From the NCBI RefSeq assembly GCF_009914755.1, contig NC_060931.1: a DNA stretch of 64,000 bases, one strand, 5' to 3'. The position numbers were made by a program, and so were the translations under genes. Every line of letters starts with the position of its first letter. The stretch's first letter is position 1. The DNA comes from the human T2T-CHM13v2.0 reference genome, Homo sapiens. The notes under the pieces were generated by a model. It worked only from the letters and a program-made list of their open reading frames with translations, did no database searches and was not told where the DNA came from. Of this stretch, positions 51,497-64,000 are shown one piece after another.

Positions 51497-53332
51497 TGTA
51501 CTATGGACTGAATCGTGCCCACCTTCCCCAATTCATATGTTGAAGTCCTAACTCCCAACGTGACTGAGTTCATCAAAATGGATCTTGGTACAGAGAAGAG
51601 AATGCTGCTCTAACAGGTACTTAAAATGTGGAAGCAGTTTTGGCACTGGGTAATGAGAGGGCAGTAAGAGATTTGAGGTGCATGCTAGAAAAAAACCCAC
51701 ATTGCCAAGGAGGGACTGTTGATGGACATTGGCTATGAATGGTGACTCTGATGAGGGCTCAGAAAGAAAAGGAGATAGAAAGCCTCCAACTTCTTAATGA
51801 AAACATATATAATCACGAATATAATTTTGGTATAAACATGATATTAAAGGTCATTCTTGTGATGTCTCAGACAAAAATAGGTACAGATTATTGAAAATTG
51901 GAGAAAAGGTAATCCTTGTTATAAAGTGGCAAAGAGCTTGACTAAAATATGTTCCAGTGTTTTGCAAAAAATCAAAATTGTGAACAATGAAATTAGACAG
52001 GTAGTTGAGGAGATTTCAAAGCAAAATGTGATGGTGTGGCCTGAATACTCCTAACTGCTTATAGTTAAATGTTAGAACAGAGATTAATTGAGGAAGGTAT
52101 TGTTAAGGGAAAAACAATCAAATGTAGAAAGATGTAGAAAATTCTCAATCTGAGTGTATTGCAAAAAAATGAGAAGAGCATGTTCTAAGAGAATACCAAA
52201 GGTATAGCTAGACTGTCACTTGATAAAGAGCTTATGGAATAATACAGGCAGAAACACTGCCGGCTTGAACTGATGGGGATGGAGATAAGATAAAGTGAAG
52301 GAAGCCTGAGGGTGTTCTCAGATTCTACAGGACAAGACAACAGAGTTATTTCACTGCAAACATACACTGTTTTTCAAGAGAAGGGAAAAATAACACTGCA
52401 GGCAATTCAGAATTATCAGGGTCACCGGCTTAGTTTCAACCAGCCAGATGGCCTCTGCCAGCAAGGCCTTGGGAAGAAGACCTGAGCCTGGCAACAACCC
52501 CACTTAGGGCTTTGGGGGCAGAGTCACCACCCCAATCAGTCCAGAAGATGAGTCATTGAGCCAGAGGGAATTAGTATTGAACCTTAAGATCTAATGAAAT
52601 TTGCTTTGTCTGTTTTTGGACTTGCTTGGGAGCTGCTACTCCTTTCTCCATTTCTATTTATCCTTTTTGGAATGAGAATGTTTATCCTATGCCTGTCCCA
52701 TCATACTATAAAAGTTAGGTGGTATTTTGGAACCACATAACTTTTCTAGTTTCACAGGTCTGCAGCTTGAGAGAAATTTTGTTTCATGATGAATCATACC
52801 TAAGGTCCCACTCATACCTGATTTAGATGACATTTAGATAAGACTTTACACTTTAGAGCTGATGCTGGAATGAATTAGGATGTGGAAGACTGTTGGAAAA
52901 GATGAATATGTTTTGCAAGTGAAAAGAATATGAATTTTGGGAGACCAAGAGTGAAATATCGTATACTGGTTTGTCTCCACAATTCATAGATTGAATCCCT
53001 AATACTCAATGCGACTGCATTTGGAAATAAAGTCTTTAGGAGGCAATTAAAGTTAAATAGGTCGTAAGTGTGGAGCCCTAATTCAAAAGAATTGATGTCC
53101 TTATTAGAAGAGAGATCAGAGAAGCTCTCTTTTCCCATGCATGCACAAATAAGAGGTCATTTGAGCACACCAGCAAGATAATGGCTACTGAGAAGCTAAG
53201 AGAAGAGGCCATTTTACCTTCTCAGCCTTTGATCTTAAACTTCTCAGCCTCCAGAACTGTGTGAAACACATTTCTATGGCTTAAGCCATCCAGTTTATGC
53301 CATTTTTGTTATGACAACCTGATTTGTCCAAA
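51497..53332 (+). mobile_element. MLT1A/MST-type MaLR provirus: partial 5' LTR, internal region, 3' LTR
   Basis: LTR start TGTACTATGGACTGAAT...TTCATATGTTGAAGTCCTAAC; internal TTGGTACAGAGAAG...AATGTGGAAGCAGTTTTGG...CTTGTTATAAAGTGGCAAAG; 3' LTR ~52960-53332 with CCTCCAGAACTGTG...TTAAGCCATCCAGT. Confidence 0.75.
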
Positions 53333-53334
53333 AA

Positions 53335-53790
53335 ATGCATCTTGCTAAGTTAAGAAGCCAATCTGACAAAGGTTATATACTCTGTGATTCCAACTCTATG
53401 ATATTCTGCAAAAGGCCAAACTAGGAGATAACGGATACCGTGAATCCCTGTATTCCACCTATTGATCCCTCTTCCTCTCCTCCTATGTCCTTGGCAACCA
53501 CTGATTGGCAGTCAAACTATTCTGTGCAATGTATAATGGCATGTATATAGTTAAATATAGTAAACACATGCCATTATACATTTTTCAAAACCCACAAAAT
53601 ATACAACCAGAAAGAGCAAACCAAATATATACCAAGGATTTCAGTTAATATTTCAATAATTTCTCATCAATTTGAACAAATATACCATATGTTAGTGGGG
53701 TAGATATATGGGAATTTTCTGAACTTTGCACTCAATTCTTCTATAAACCTACAGCTGTTCAAAAAATTAAGTTTGTTAATTTAAAAATAA
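53335..53790 (+). mobile_element. Old L1M 3' end fragment
   Basis: GCTAAGTTAAGAAGCCAATCTG...ATTCTGCAAAAGGCCAAACTA...CATTATACATTTTTCAAAACCCA...ATATGGGAATTTTCTGAACTTTGC. Confidence 0.6.
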
Positions 53791-55004
53791 AAAGTAACTA
53801 GATATTATAAATTCATTATTTTTTTTCATTTAAACAAGAAACAATTATTGAATCCTTACTGTGTTGCAGTCCCTGTGAATGGTGCAGGGAAACTAATTTA
53901 CTTCATGAATAGTCATGAATTTGCCCAATGGTAAATAATAGCAAGATGTAATTCTAAAACAAAGTTATTTGCTCAAAATTCCAAATTTTAAGTCAAATAG
54001 TCAGTTTTCATTTTAGAACAAGGTCTGTTTTTGTTTTTGTTTGTTTTTCAAAGCTAAGCTTATGTTGTAAATTAGTCCCTGGTTAAGCTTTAACAAATAT
54101 TATTTTGGTATTATATTTGAATAGTAGAAATTCCTTTAAAGGCAATATTTCCAAAATGTATTTTTCAATCTCTGTGCCTTTTTGCTCTGCAGATATTTAA
54201 AATTAAGTTATTATAATCTAAGAAAAGTAAATCAGAATTGTGCAAACTATTTATCCATTTATCTGTTGATGGACATTTGGATAGCTTCCACCTTTTGGTT
54301 GTTTTGAATAATGCTGCTATGAACATTGGTGTAAAAATTTCCATTTGAGTCCATGCTTCTAATTTTTTTAAATATATATTTGGAAGTGGAATTGTGGGAT
54401 CCTATGTGTGCTATTAATTTTTAAGTGACTTTGTATCAAAAATAATGAATATAAATTCAATTAATAAGCACTTTCATAATAAATTGTGTTTTTAGTTTTT
54501 AAATAATTCTGCATAAATTAATCTTCTAAGGAAAATTACATGAAGCAGTTATAAATCTGACAGCAATGAAGATGGGAGGAATTATACATTCATAGAGGTG
54601 TAAGTGAACAAAGTTTAATTTGGGTTTCACAGAAACCCAATTTCTGTGAAAATTTCTATGAAATTTGGGTTTCATAGAAATAGAGTAGACTTGCCCCACA
54701 TGCTTGCAAAATTGAACTGGTCTTAGTTATGCAAACATAGACTATTTTTAAAAATTTTGATAACAGTGTGCTATCACAGCATATTGTTACCCTGCTTTAA
54801 GTCACCATATATATGAAATAAAGTAAAATAAAAGCTCCTAAGACACATCTAATTATTCCTTGCAAAGCTTGATACTGTAAGATTTCCCTGGAATGGTGAT
54901 ATTCACGTGTATTAAACAATATCATAAGCTGGTGGGTTGATCTGGTACTTACTGAGCTAAATGCTCCCAAGAAGCAAATCACAGCAGTATTTAAAAGTTT
55001 TAGG

Positions 55005-55305
55005 GGCCAGGCACAGTGGCTCACACTTGTAATCTCAGCACTTTGGGAGGTGGAGGAGGGTGGATTATAAGGTCAGAAGTCCAAGACCAGCCTGGCCAAT
55101 ATGGTCTGTACTAAAAATACAAAAATTTTCCGGGCATGGTTGCAGGCACCTGTAGTCCCAGCTACTCAGGAGGCTGAGGCAAGAGAATCGCTTGAACCCA
55201 GGAGGTGGAGGTTGCAGTGAGCGGAGATTGCACTACTGCACTCCAGCCTGGACAACAGAACAAGACTCCTCCTCAAAAAGAAAAAAAAAAAAAAAAAAAA
55301 AAAAA
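55005..55305 (+). mobile_element. AluS (Sg/Sc-like) with ~10-bp internal deletion
   Basis: GGCCAGGCACAGTGGCTCAC...; AATATGGT|CTGTACTAAAAATAC lacks GAAACCCC; long poly(A). Confidence 0.95.
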
Positions 55306-55539
55306 GCTTCAGTAACTCTTTTACACCCTCTAAGGCATTTTATAAAATAGCAGTAAATCCATAAAATTTGAAAGTGGGCATCATGTTAACCTTTGAACAC
55401 ATGTTTTACTTTAGGATTCTATTTAATATATGAAGTTTGAGGCTGTTTATTGTACAACTGTACAATTTTAGGTAATGACAGATGAGTTTGGAGAAGTAAT
55501 GCTAGTAGATGCAGTCTTTGTCTACTTTCTCCTATGTAA

Positions 55540-56130
55540 CTTGATTCTTACCTAGTACTTGCAATACCATCAATATACTGAACCCTCAATCAGTATTTCC
55601 AGTACTAAATCCTCAGTTGATATAGGTTCATGTATCAAATTGCTTTCTGAACAGCTCCACTTAAATGTCTAATGGGTGTTTTACATTTAACGTTCTCAGT
55701 ACACTCCTTCCCTCTCCCAAATCTTGCCCCAGTAACCTTCAGTTTTAGGAAATGGCAAAACCATGAACTTCAGTGACACAAACAGTGGAATAAATTCTGA
55801 GTGGTATATTTCCCTGACAGAAAGTGCTTCATTAGCAACTCTGCTTCTAAAACTCATTACAAATCCATACACTTTTAGCTATTTATAGCTTTCTTAGTCT
55901 CGTCTATGTCACACTAGTCACATTCTCTCACTTGGACTTAGGAAGATAGTCTCCTAATTAGTTTCCTTTTTTTCTCTGATTCTCCTCTTCTTTTTCTCAC
56001 CTACAATCCATTCACCACTCTCCTTAACTGCTATTTTTCCTCACTTATTTAAAAATCCAATATCTTTATTATGGTTCTTTGTATGAATGGATCCTGCCCT
56101 CTTCTCCAACGTGCATCTTAACTTGTATGC
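55540..56130 (-). mobile_element. L2 fragment
   Basis: CTCCACTTAAATGTCTAAT...AAATGGCAAAACCAT...CTCTCACTTGGACT...GTCTCCTAATTAGTTTCC antisense L2 motifs. Confidence 0.6.
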
Positions 56131-56650
56131 AGACTTCAGAGTAATTAGCATTTAAAAATTTGTAATGTGTTAGTGTTTTTTCTACCAGTATTTTTTACCA
56201 TCTTCTTTAATGTTTAGGTGATTAATTTGTTTGAGTGACAGCATGCCTATGGAGTAAATCATAACATTAAAACTTGGTCAATTTCTTATCAATTTATTTT
56301 ATATATGATGGGTTTCAGTGGGTAAATGATTCAATTTTAGCCAGAAGTGTGCTGAGCAACTTCTGGGTAAGATTTTGTTTTCCTGAAAAAAAAAAAAAGA
56401 GAAATGAGAAATCGAAGTATCTTTTCTTCCTACCTTGAGTGCCATTATAACAAGAAATGGTGCTTTGAAAAGTATCAGTCATCTTGTAAGAAACACTGTC
56501 AGTGTAAAGAGAAAAAATAAAAACAAATGAAAAAACAAGCAAAAATATGCTGAAGCTGGCAGAACATCTGGGTCCTTGATGATACTGGTATACAGGGTGA
56601 GCCAATTTGAAATTTCTTATAATGTGAAATTAAAAATCTATTATTAAGAT

Positions 56651-57140
56651 TGTATCAATTATCTATTGCTGATTAACAACCCTCCTTAAAATTCAGTCAC
56701 TTAAAATAACAATTCCTTGTTGCTCCAAGATTCTATATGTTGGGTTTGCAGTTCTTTTGATCTTGATCAAGCTAGACTGATCTTGGCTGGACTTGATCAT
56801 GCAACCATGGTCATCTAACAGATCAGATGCATTTCACTTTGGCTCTTCTTGGCTGGGCTTTCTCATATAAGTTTTGGGTCCATGGCTTGGACAAATGAGA
56901 TAAATAAACTAAGTTCTGCATAATGTTTTATCTTCCAACAGGCTAGCTTGGACTTGTTCTCATGGAAATAGCAGGAGTCCCAACTACAAGAGTTGCAATG
57001 TCAAGGCCTCGTCTTATAACTGGCACATAGGTCACTTCCACCAATATTCCTTTTGCTAACGAAAGTCACAAAGTCAGCCCATGTTCAAGTAGAGGGGAAA
57101 CTGACTCCACCACTTGATGTGAAGAGTTGGAATATCATAG
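56651..57140 (-). mobile_element. Old MLT1 (H/J/K-type) LTR
   Basis: TGTATCAATTATCTATTGCTG...GGCTAGCTTGGACTTGTTCTCATGG...GTCACTTCCACC...CTCCACCACTTGATG. Confidence 0.65.
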
Positions 57141-57619
57141 TTATTGTTTCCTGTGACTTGCCATAGCGTATTTTCTCACACTAACAACTCTGTATTTCTT
57201 CCCAAATTCTGAAAAATTCTTTTGTTGGCTCTTCCTATACTTGATTCATTACATTAAGTTTTCCATTTAAATATTTCCTTAGAAAGACTTTATCATTTGT
57301 CAAGTAGCTCTATTCTCTTCATCAGTTACTCTATTTTCTCATTAGAATATGAACTTTGTAAAAATGGGAACTTTACTTTGTTTATGCCAGTAGTTTATAT
57401 ACATTTTCTGTTACGTGAAAAGTACAAAATGTTTTTTTCATGGTTAAAGAAATAAAAGAATAAATATGTAATCACTGCAATGAGAAGAGTGAATTTTTAT
57501 TTTCCCAACTTGTTTTATGGGTTTATGAGTAGACTTATTATTAGTTTAGAATTGGGTAATGAGGGGAAAAAATGCTATAAATCTCAATCATTTTATCAGT
57601 CCTTTGCCATTTGTACACA

Positions 57620-57790
57620 CACATACACTATATTTTTATATATATATAGTCCCAACTACATGAGCTGCAGGAGTCCCAACTACATGAGTATATATATATA
57701 TGTTATATATATGTGTGTATATGTATAGTGTGTATATAGTGTATATGTATATATGGAAAATATATAATTATATATGCATGTATGTATAAT
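57620..57790. repeat. (TA)n/(TATG)n low-complexity microsatellite with a 41-bp foreign insert
   Basis: TA-rich tracts on both sides of 57648-57688. Confidence 0.85.
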
Positions 57791-60407
57791 TATTTTGACA
57801 ATTAGAATATATTCACTATTCTAATTCTTGAAATTTTTTACATGTTTTTTCCTGCATAGAATGTATATCCACCATTTTTCTTTTTAGTATATAGGTTTTT
57901 CTTTTTTTATTTCCAAGCAAATATCAGCTTTTAAAAAAACTTTTGTGTTCCTACTAGATAAGTTGTTTTCCTCCACTGCATCCCTTTAATTATCTCTTTG
58001 TATGCCTAATGTGGAACTTGGCATACCTTGTTTTTTCAGTTATCCAAACATTGATTTATGTCCCTATAAGTTGAAGTGTAGTTTTCTGAAAATCTGAGTC
58101 TTACTCTCATTTATTTACTGTAATTTATTACATGTATATAGCAAGCTATCAAAAATAATTCGAGTTTAAGTATGTGATAGTCAGCCTGATAGCATAGATA
58201 CCTGATTTAATTTTGAAACTAATTGTAAGATAAAATGCAGTTTCTATTTTTGCCGTATTGAATTTGATTCTGCTACTTAAAACTTAATGTCCCTGTGCAA
58301 TCTCTCTAAAGGAGGTTCTTACTTTTTGTAATTTTGCAAGCTACAATAATATTGCATAGGCACATTGATACAATGGCCTAGTTTGCTTTCTCCTAGCAAT
58401 TGTTTAAAGCTTGTTCTATGTTCCTACTTCTGTTGGCTTTATCTCCTTCATTGTATCTTATTTCCCATTATGCTGCCTTCCAATCACTGAATTCCATTCC
58501 CACTGGCTCAGTGCTTGGATCTCATCTTTCTCAAATTCCCATAACCTTCCCAGATAAACACCTTCAATTACAGTCACTCCTTTCCTCTTCCACAGAGGCC
58601 CCTAACAATAAACAACTTACTCAATAGGTAGCTGAAGAATGATTCTCAGACGAGCTTAGTGTAAGAAGGAACTGGGATGTAATGTCTTTTTTACTCTTTG
58701 AATTCCCATTAGTCTCCTCATTGTAGAGTAGACTGTTTGATATTGCCCATAAGCAGAACTTAGGCAGTGTGATGTCTAGTACAGAAATGTTCTGCAGTAT
58801 TAAATATATCCCATCATGTACTAAGAAGCTACTTCAGCAGCATAATAAACTAAACACCACTATGGTGTCAACATAAATGAGTAAATAACGAATAGATATT
58901 TAACATATAAAAAGAAAATTTTAGATTTTGATTTATTTATAAGGTATTTATAAATGTGTCCTTTTAAATTTAAAGTAATTTTTGAGGATGAGAAACTGAA
59001 AAGTAGGTTCCAAATATACACAATTTCAAGAACAAGAGGATTTAGAAACTTCCATTTATAAATACCTCCAAACACAGACAAAAATATGAGCTTAAAGATG
59101 TCTACCAACTTCCCCCATTCTGTCTCTTGTCTTCCTTTTTTCTTTGAGAATATTAAACTTTACACCCACATACTATCCTCCATTCTGTTCCTGAAGAGTC
59201 TTGAACTCAGGACCTAACAGATTTAAAGTTATAATAAAAATCTTATTTTTTTACAAGGCCATGTGAGTATCAGTTGGTACAACTGACAGTCAAATAGATA
59301 TCAAACATTCAAAAAAAAAAAAAGAAAGAAAAAAATGACATACCATAAAATAATTGACAAAGGTTTCACTCTTTGGACAGAGAATGCTAACTTCCCTCTC
59401 CTTTAGACTTCTCTATGAAGGTCATTGTCAACTCAGCCAACCTATTAATTTAGCTGCATATCTCAAAGTTGTGTTTCCTTCTTTATTACAAAAAGCCATC
59501 TGTGTGTGTGTGTGCATGTGTGTGTGTTATGTGAAAGAGAGAGAGATGAATTGAAAGAGAGTTAAAAGAAAAAATAATAATTTTAACAAAATCTACACTG
59601 ACACAGTAAAATTCAAATAATGCAAAAACTGTGATAGTATATACTATATTATGAAATTGTGAAAAAATATGAGTGTTTTAAAGTAACTATTCTGAGTCTC
59701 TCTCTCATGCATTCACATATACATACACACATACAATTATACACACATACTCACAAGCTTTCATTCTCAAAAGGTAGACTAGAATGCTCAGAGAAGACCA
59801 GGCCATTCTGAAATCTTACCTGAAGTCTTAATGTTTCATCAAAGTCCCTAACTATGCTCCCCAGCAGTAGTTCCCCTATCTCGTATTCTCCAAAACTCTT
59901 GACTACAACATTTGAGAGGTTACTCCTTTTCCTTTATCTTCCATTAAAATATCTGAAGAGGACTCTAGAAAATATGTCCTCCTTCTAGGGGAGCAAGGGA
60001 GACTGGAATACATTTTCTAACCTTTATTCTGTCTGTAAAATATTAGATGTTCCAAAGTCATTTTAAGTCTTAAATTGTCATAGTCCATTTGAATCCAGTA
60101 CTGTGGCCCTGTTGGCAGAATGATTCTCTAAAACTGCAATGGAATTTTTTAAATTGTTTTTCTTTTTTTTTTTTTTGAGTTATTTTTTTAATTTTTTTAT
60201 TATTATACTTTAAGTTTTAGGGTACATATGCACAATGTGCAAGGTTAGTTACATATGTATACATGTGCCATGCTGGTGCACTGCACTCACTAACTCGTCA
60301 TCTGGCATTAGGTATATCTCCCAATGCTATCCCTCCCCCCTCCCGCCACCCCACAACAGTCCCCAGAGTGTGATGTTCCCCTTCCTGTGTCCATGTGTTC
60401 TCATTGT

Positions 60408-62651
<2,244 letters not shown>

Positions 62652-63005
62652 ATAGGGAAAAAACAGAGCAGAAAAACTGGAAACTCTAAAAAGCAGAGCG
62701 CCTCTCCTCCTCCAAAGGAACGCAGTTCCTCACCAGCAACGGAACAAAGCTGGACGGAGAATGACTTTGACGAGCTGAGAGAAGAAGGCTTCAGACGATC
62801 AAATTACTCCGAGCTAGGGGAGGACATTCAAACCAAAGGCAAAGAAGTTGAAAACTTTGAAAAAAATTTAGAAGAATGTATAACTAGTATAACCAATACA
62901 GAGAAGTGCTTAAAGGAGCTGATGGAGCTGAAAACCAAGGCTCCAGAACTACGTGAAGAATGCGGAAGCCTCAGGAGCAGATGCAATCAACTGGAAGAAA
63001 GGGTA
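62652..63005 (+). pseudogene. L1 ORF1 N-terminal fragment (codons 1-118), start codon ATG>ATA
   Basis: ATA GGG AAA AAA CAG AGC AGA... = (M)GKKQSRKTGNSKKQSASPPPKERSSSPATEQSW...QLEERV, truncated at the TSD. Confidence 0.9.
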
Positions 63006-63963
63006 AAATTGTTTTTCTTTTAGTCATCTTAGCATACCTGTAGTTACATCCATGATATTTTGCATATGAAAGCCTATCTCTAAATTAAAATATAGTTTTA
63101 TTAAATTATCAGACTTTCATGTAAAAGTCCATCCTTAGTCTCTTCATGGAGCCCTTTTGTCGAGCTGAAAGGAATTTTGGCATGTTGCTTAATTAGTTGG
63201 TTTCAACGAGGATATGAAAGCTATTCTCTGGATTTTGTCTAAATCAAAGACTGAGTCCTAATTGGACTTGTCACTCAAAACATTTCTTATCTTTTACAAG
63301 TTGGACATGAAAAATACTTACATCTTAATCCTGCAAGTCCGATAATTTCTGTTTTTTTCTCTTTTAATTCTTCTAAACTGGCCAGTGCTTTTCTGAGCTC
63401 ATCTTTTTCTTGTAGCACTTTTTGTCGCTCTAGTAAATGTAGCTAATTAGTGGTTGGGGGAGAGAGTGATATGTTAGTAACATCACCAGGAGCCTGTTTG
63501 CTTTATCAATTGCCTTTTAGGTACTTGCAGCAAATAGTTTTACCAAATGGTTTGTTACTGCATTTTATTCAACCATTAATAATAAATCCCTTGCTGCCTG
63601 GAGCCTGCCTCCAAAACCAAAGCCACATAATTTAATAAAAGCTTTCTATTTATAAGTAATGATTACTTTATTACTTAGCTCTTGCTGGGCTAAGTTGTGA
63701 TATCAAGAGACATGAAAGTCTCTAAATCATAATGATGAAAACAAAAAGATTCACTTGATTTTCTCCTTACATGGTGGTAACAAGTAGTCTACTGTTCTGT
63801 TCAATGTCCTGTTTAATCCAGAACCCACAGTAAAGAGGCAGCCTTGTTTGACTACACAGTGGCCTCATGGCAGAGGGAAGAGAGCTGTAGCAACCATTAA
63901 ATGGATCTTTCATCTTTTACTCAGAATTTGCAAAAACTTTAAATCATGTTCCATTAGCCCAGG

Positions 63964-64000
63964 TGTTATGGACTAAATTTTGTCCTCCCAAAATTCACAT
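63964..64000 (+). mobile_element. Start of an MLT1A/B-type LTR, cut by the window edge
   Basis: TGTTATGGACTAAATTTTGTCCTCCCAAAATTCACAT. Confidence 0.6.

Overview
Primate (human/great-ape) genomic DNA, AT-rich and gene-poor. I recognise no host protein-coding gene, RNA gene or CRISPR array. The background is repeat-rich euchromatin-like sequence (Alu, L1, L2, MIR, THE1/MLT/MER LTRs, Tigger/MER5 DNA transposons). The dominant feature is a ~13 kb island at 6541-19667. It begins with a truncated GC-rich SST1/NBL2-like macrosatellite unit, fused directly to a ~12.2 kb composite satellite. In that satellite, HSat2-like 23/26-mers, (GGAAT)n and (GGAGT)n blocks alternate in a fixed order with 26 co-oriented ~55-bp Alu 3'-end fragments of two types (A-B-A triplets, units ~0.6-2.1 kb, plus a ~5.5 kb higher-order duplication). 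A TSD-bounded, twin-primed L1PA2/3-like element (60167-63005) keeps its whole 5'UTR inverted, so the antisense promoter and a near-intact ORF0 point into the ORF2 C-terminus and L1 polyA. Several small templated-insertion or template-switch scars are also visible (19706/20240, 28847/31835, 54617-54681, 57648-57688). Repeat subfamily names are from recall of consensus sequences and need RepeatMasker/Dfam confirmation. Nearly all listed ORFs are satellite or repeat artefacts.
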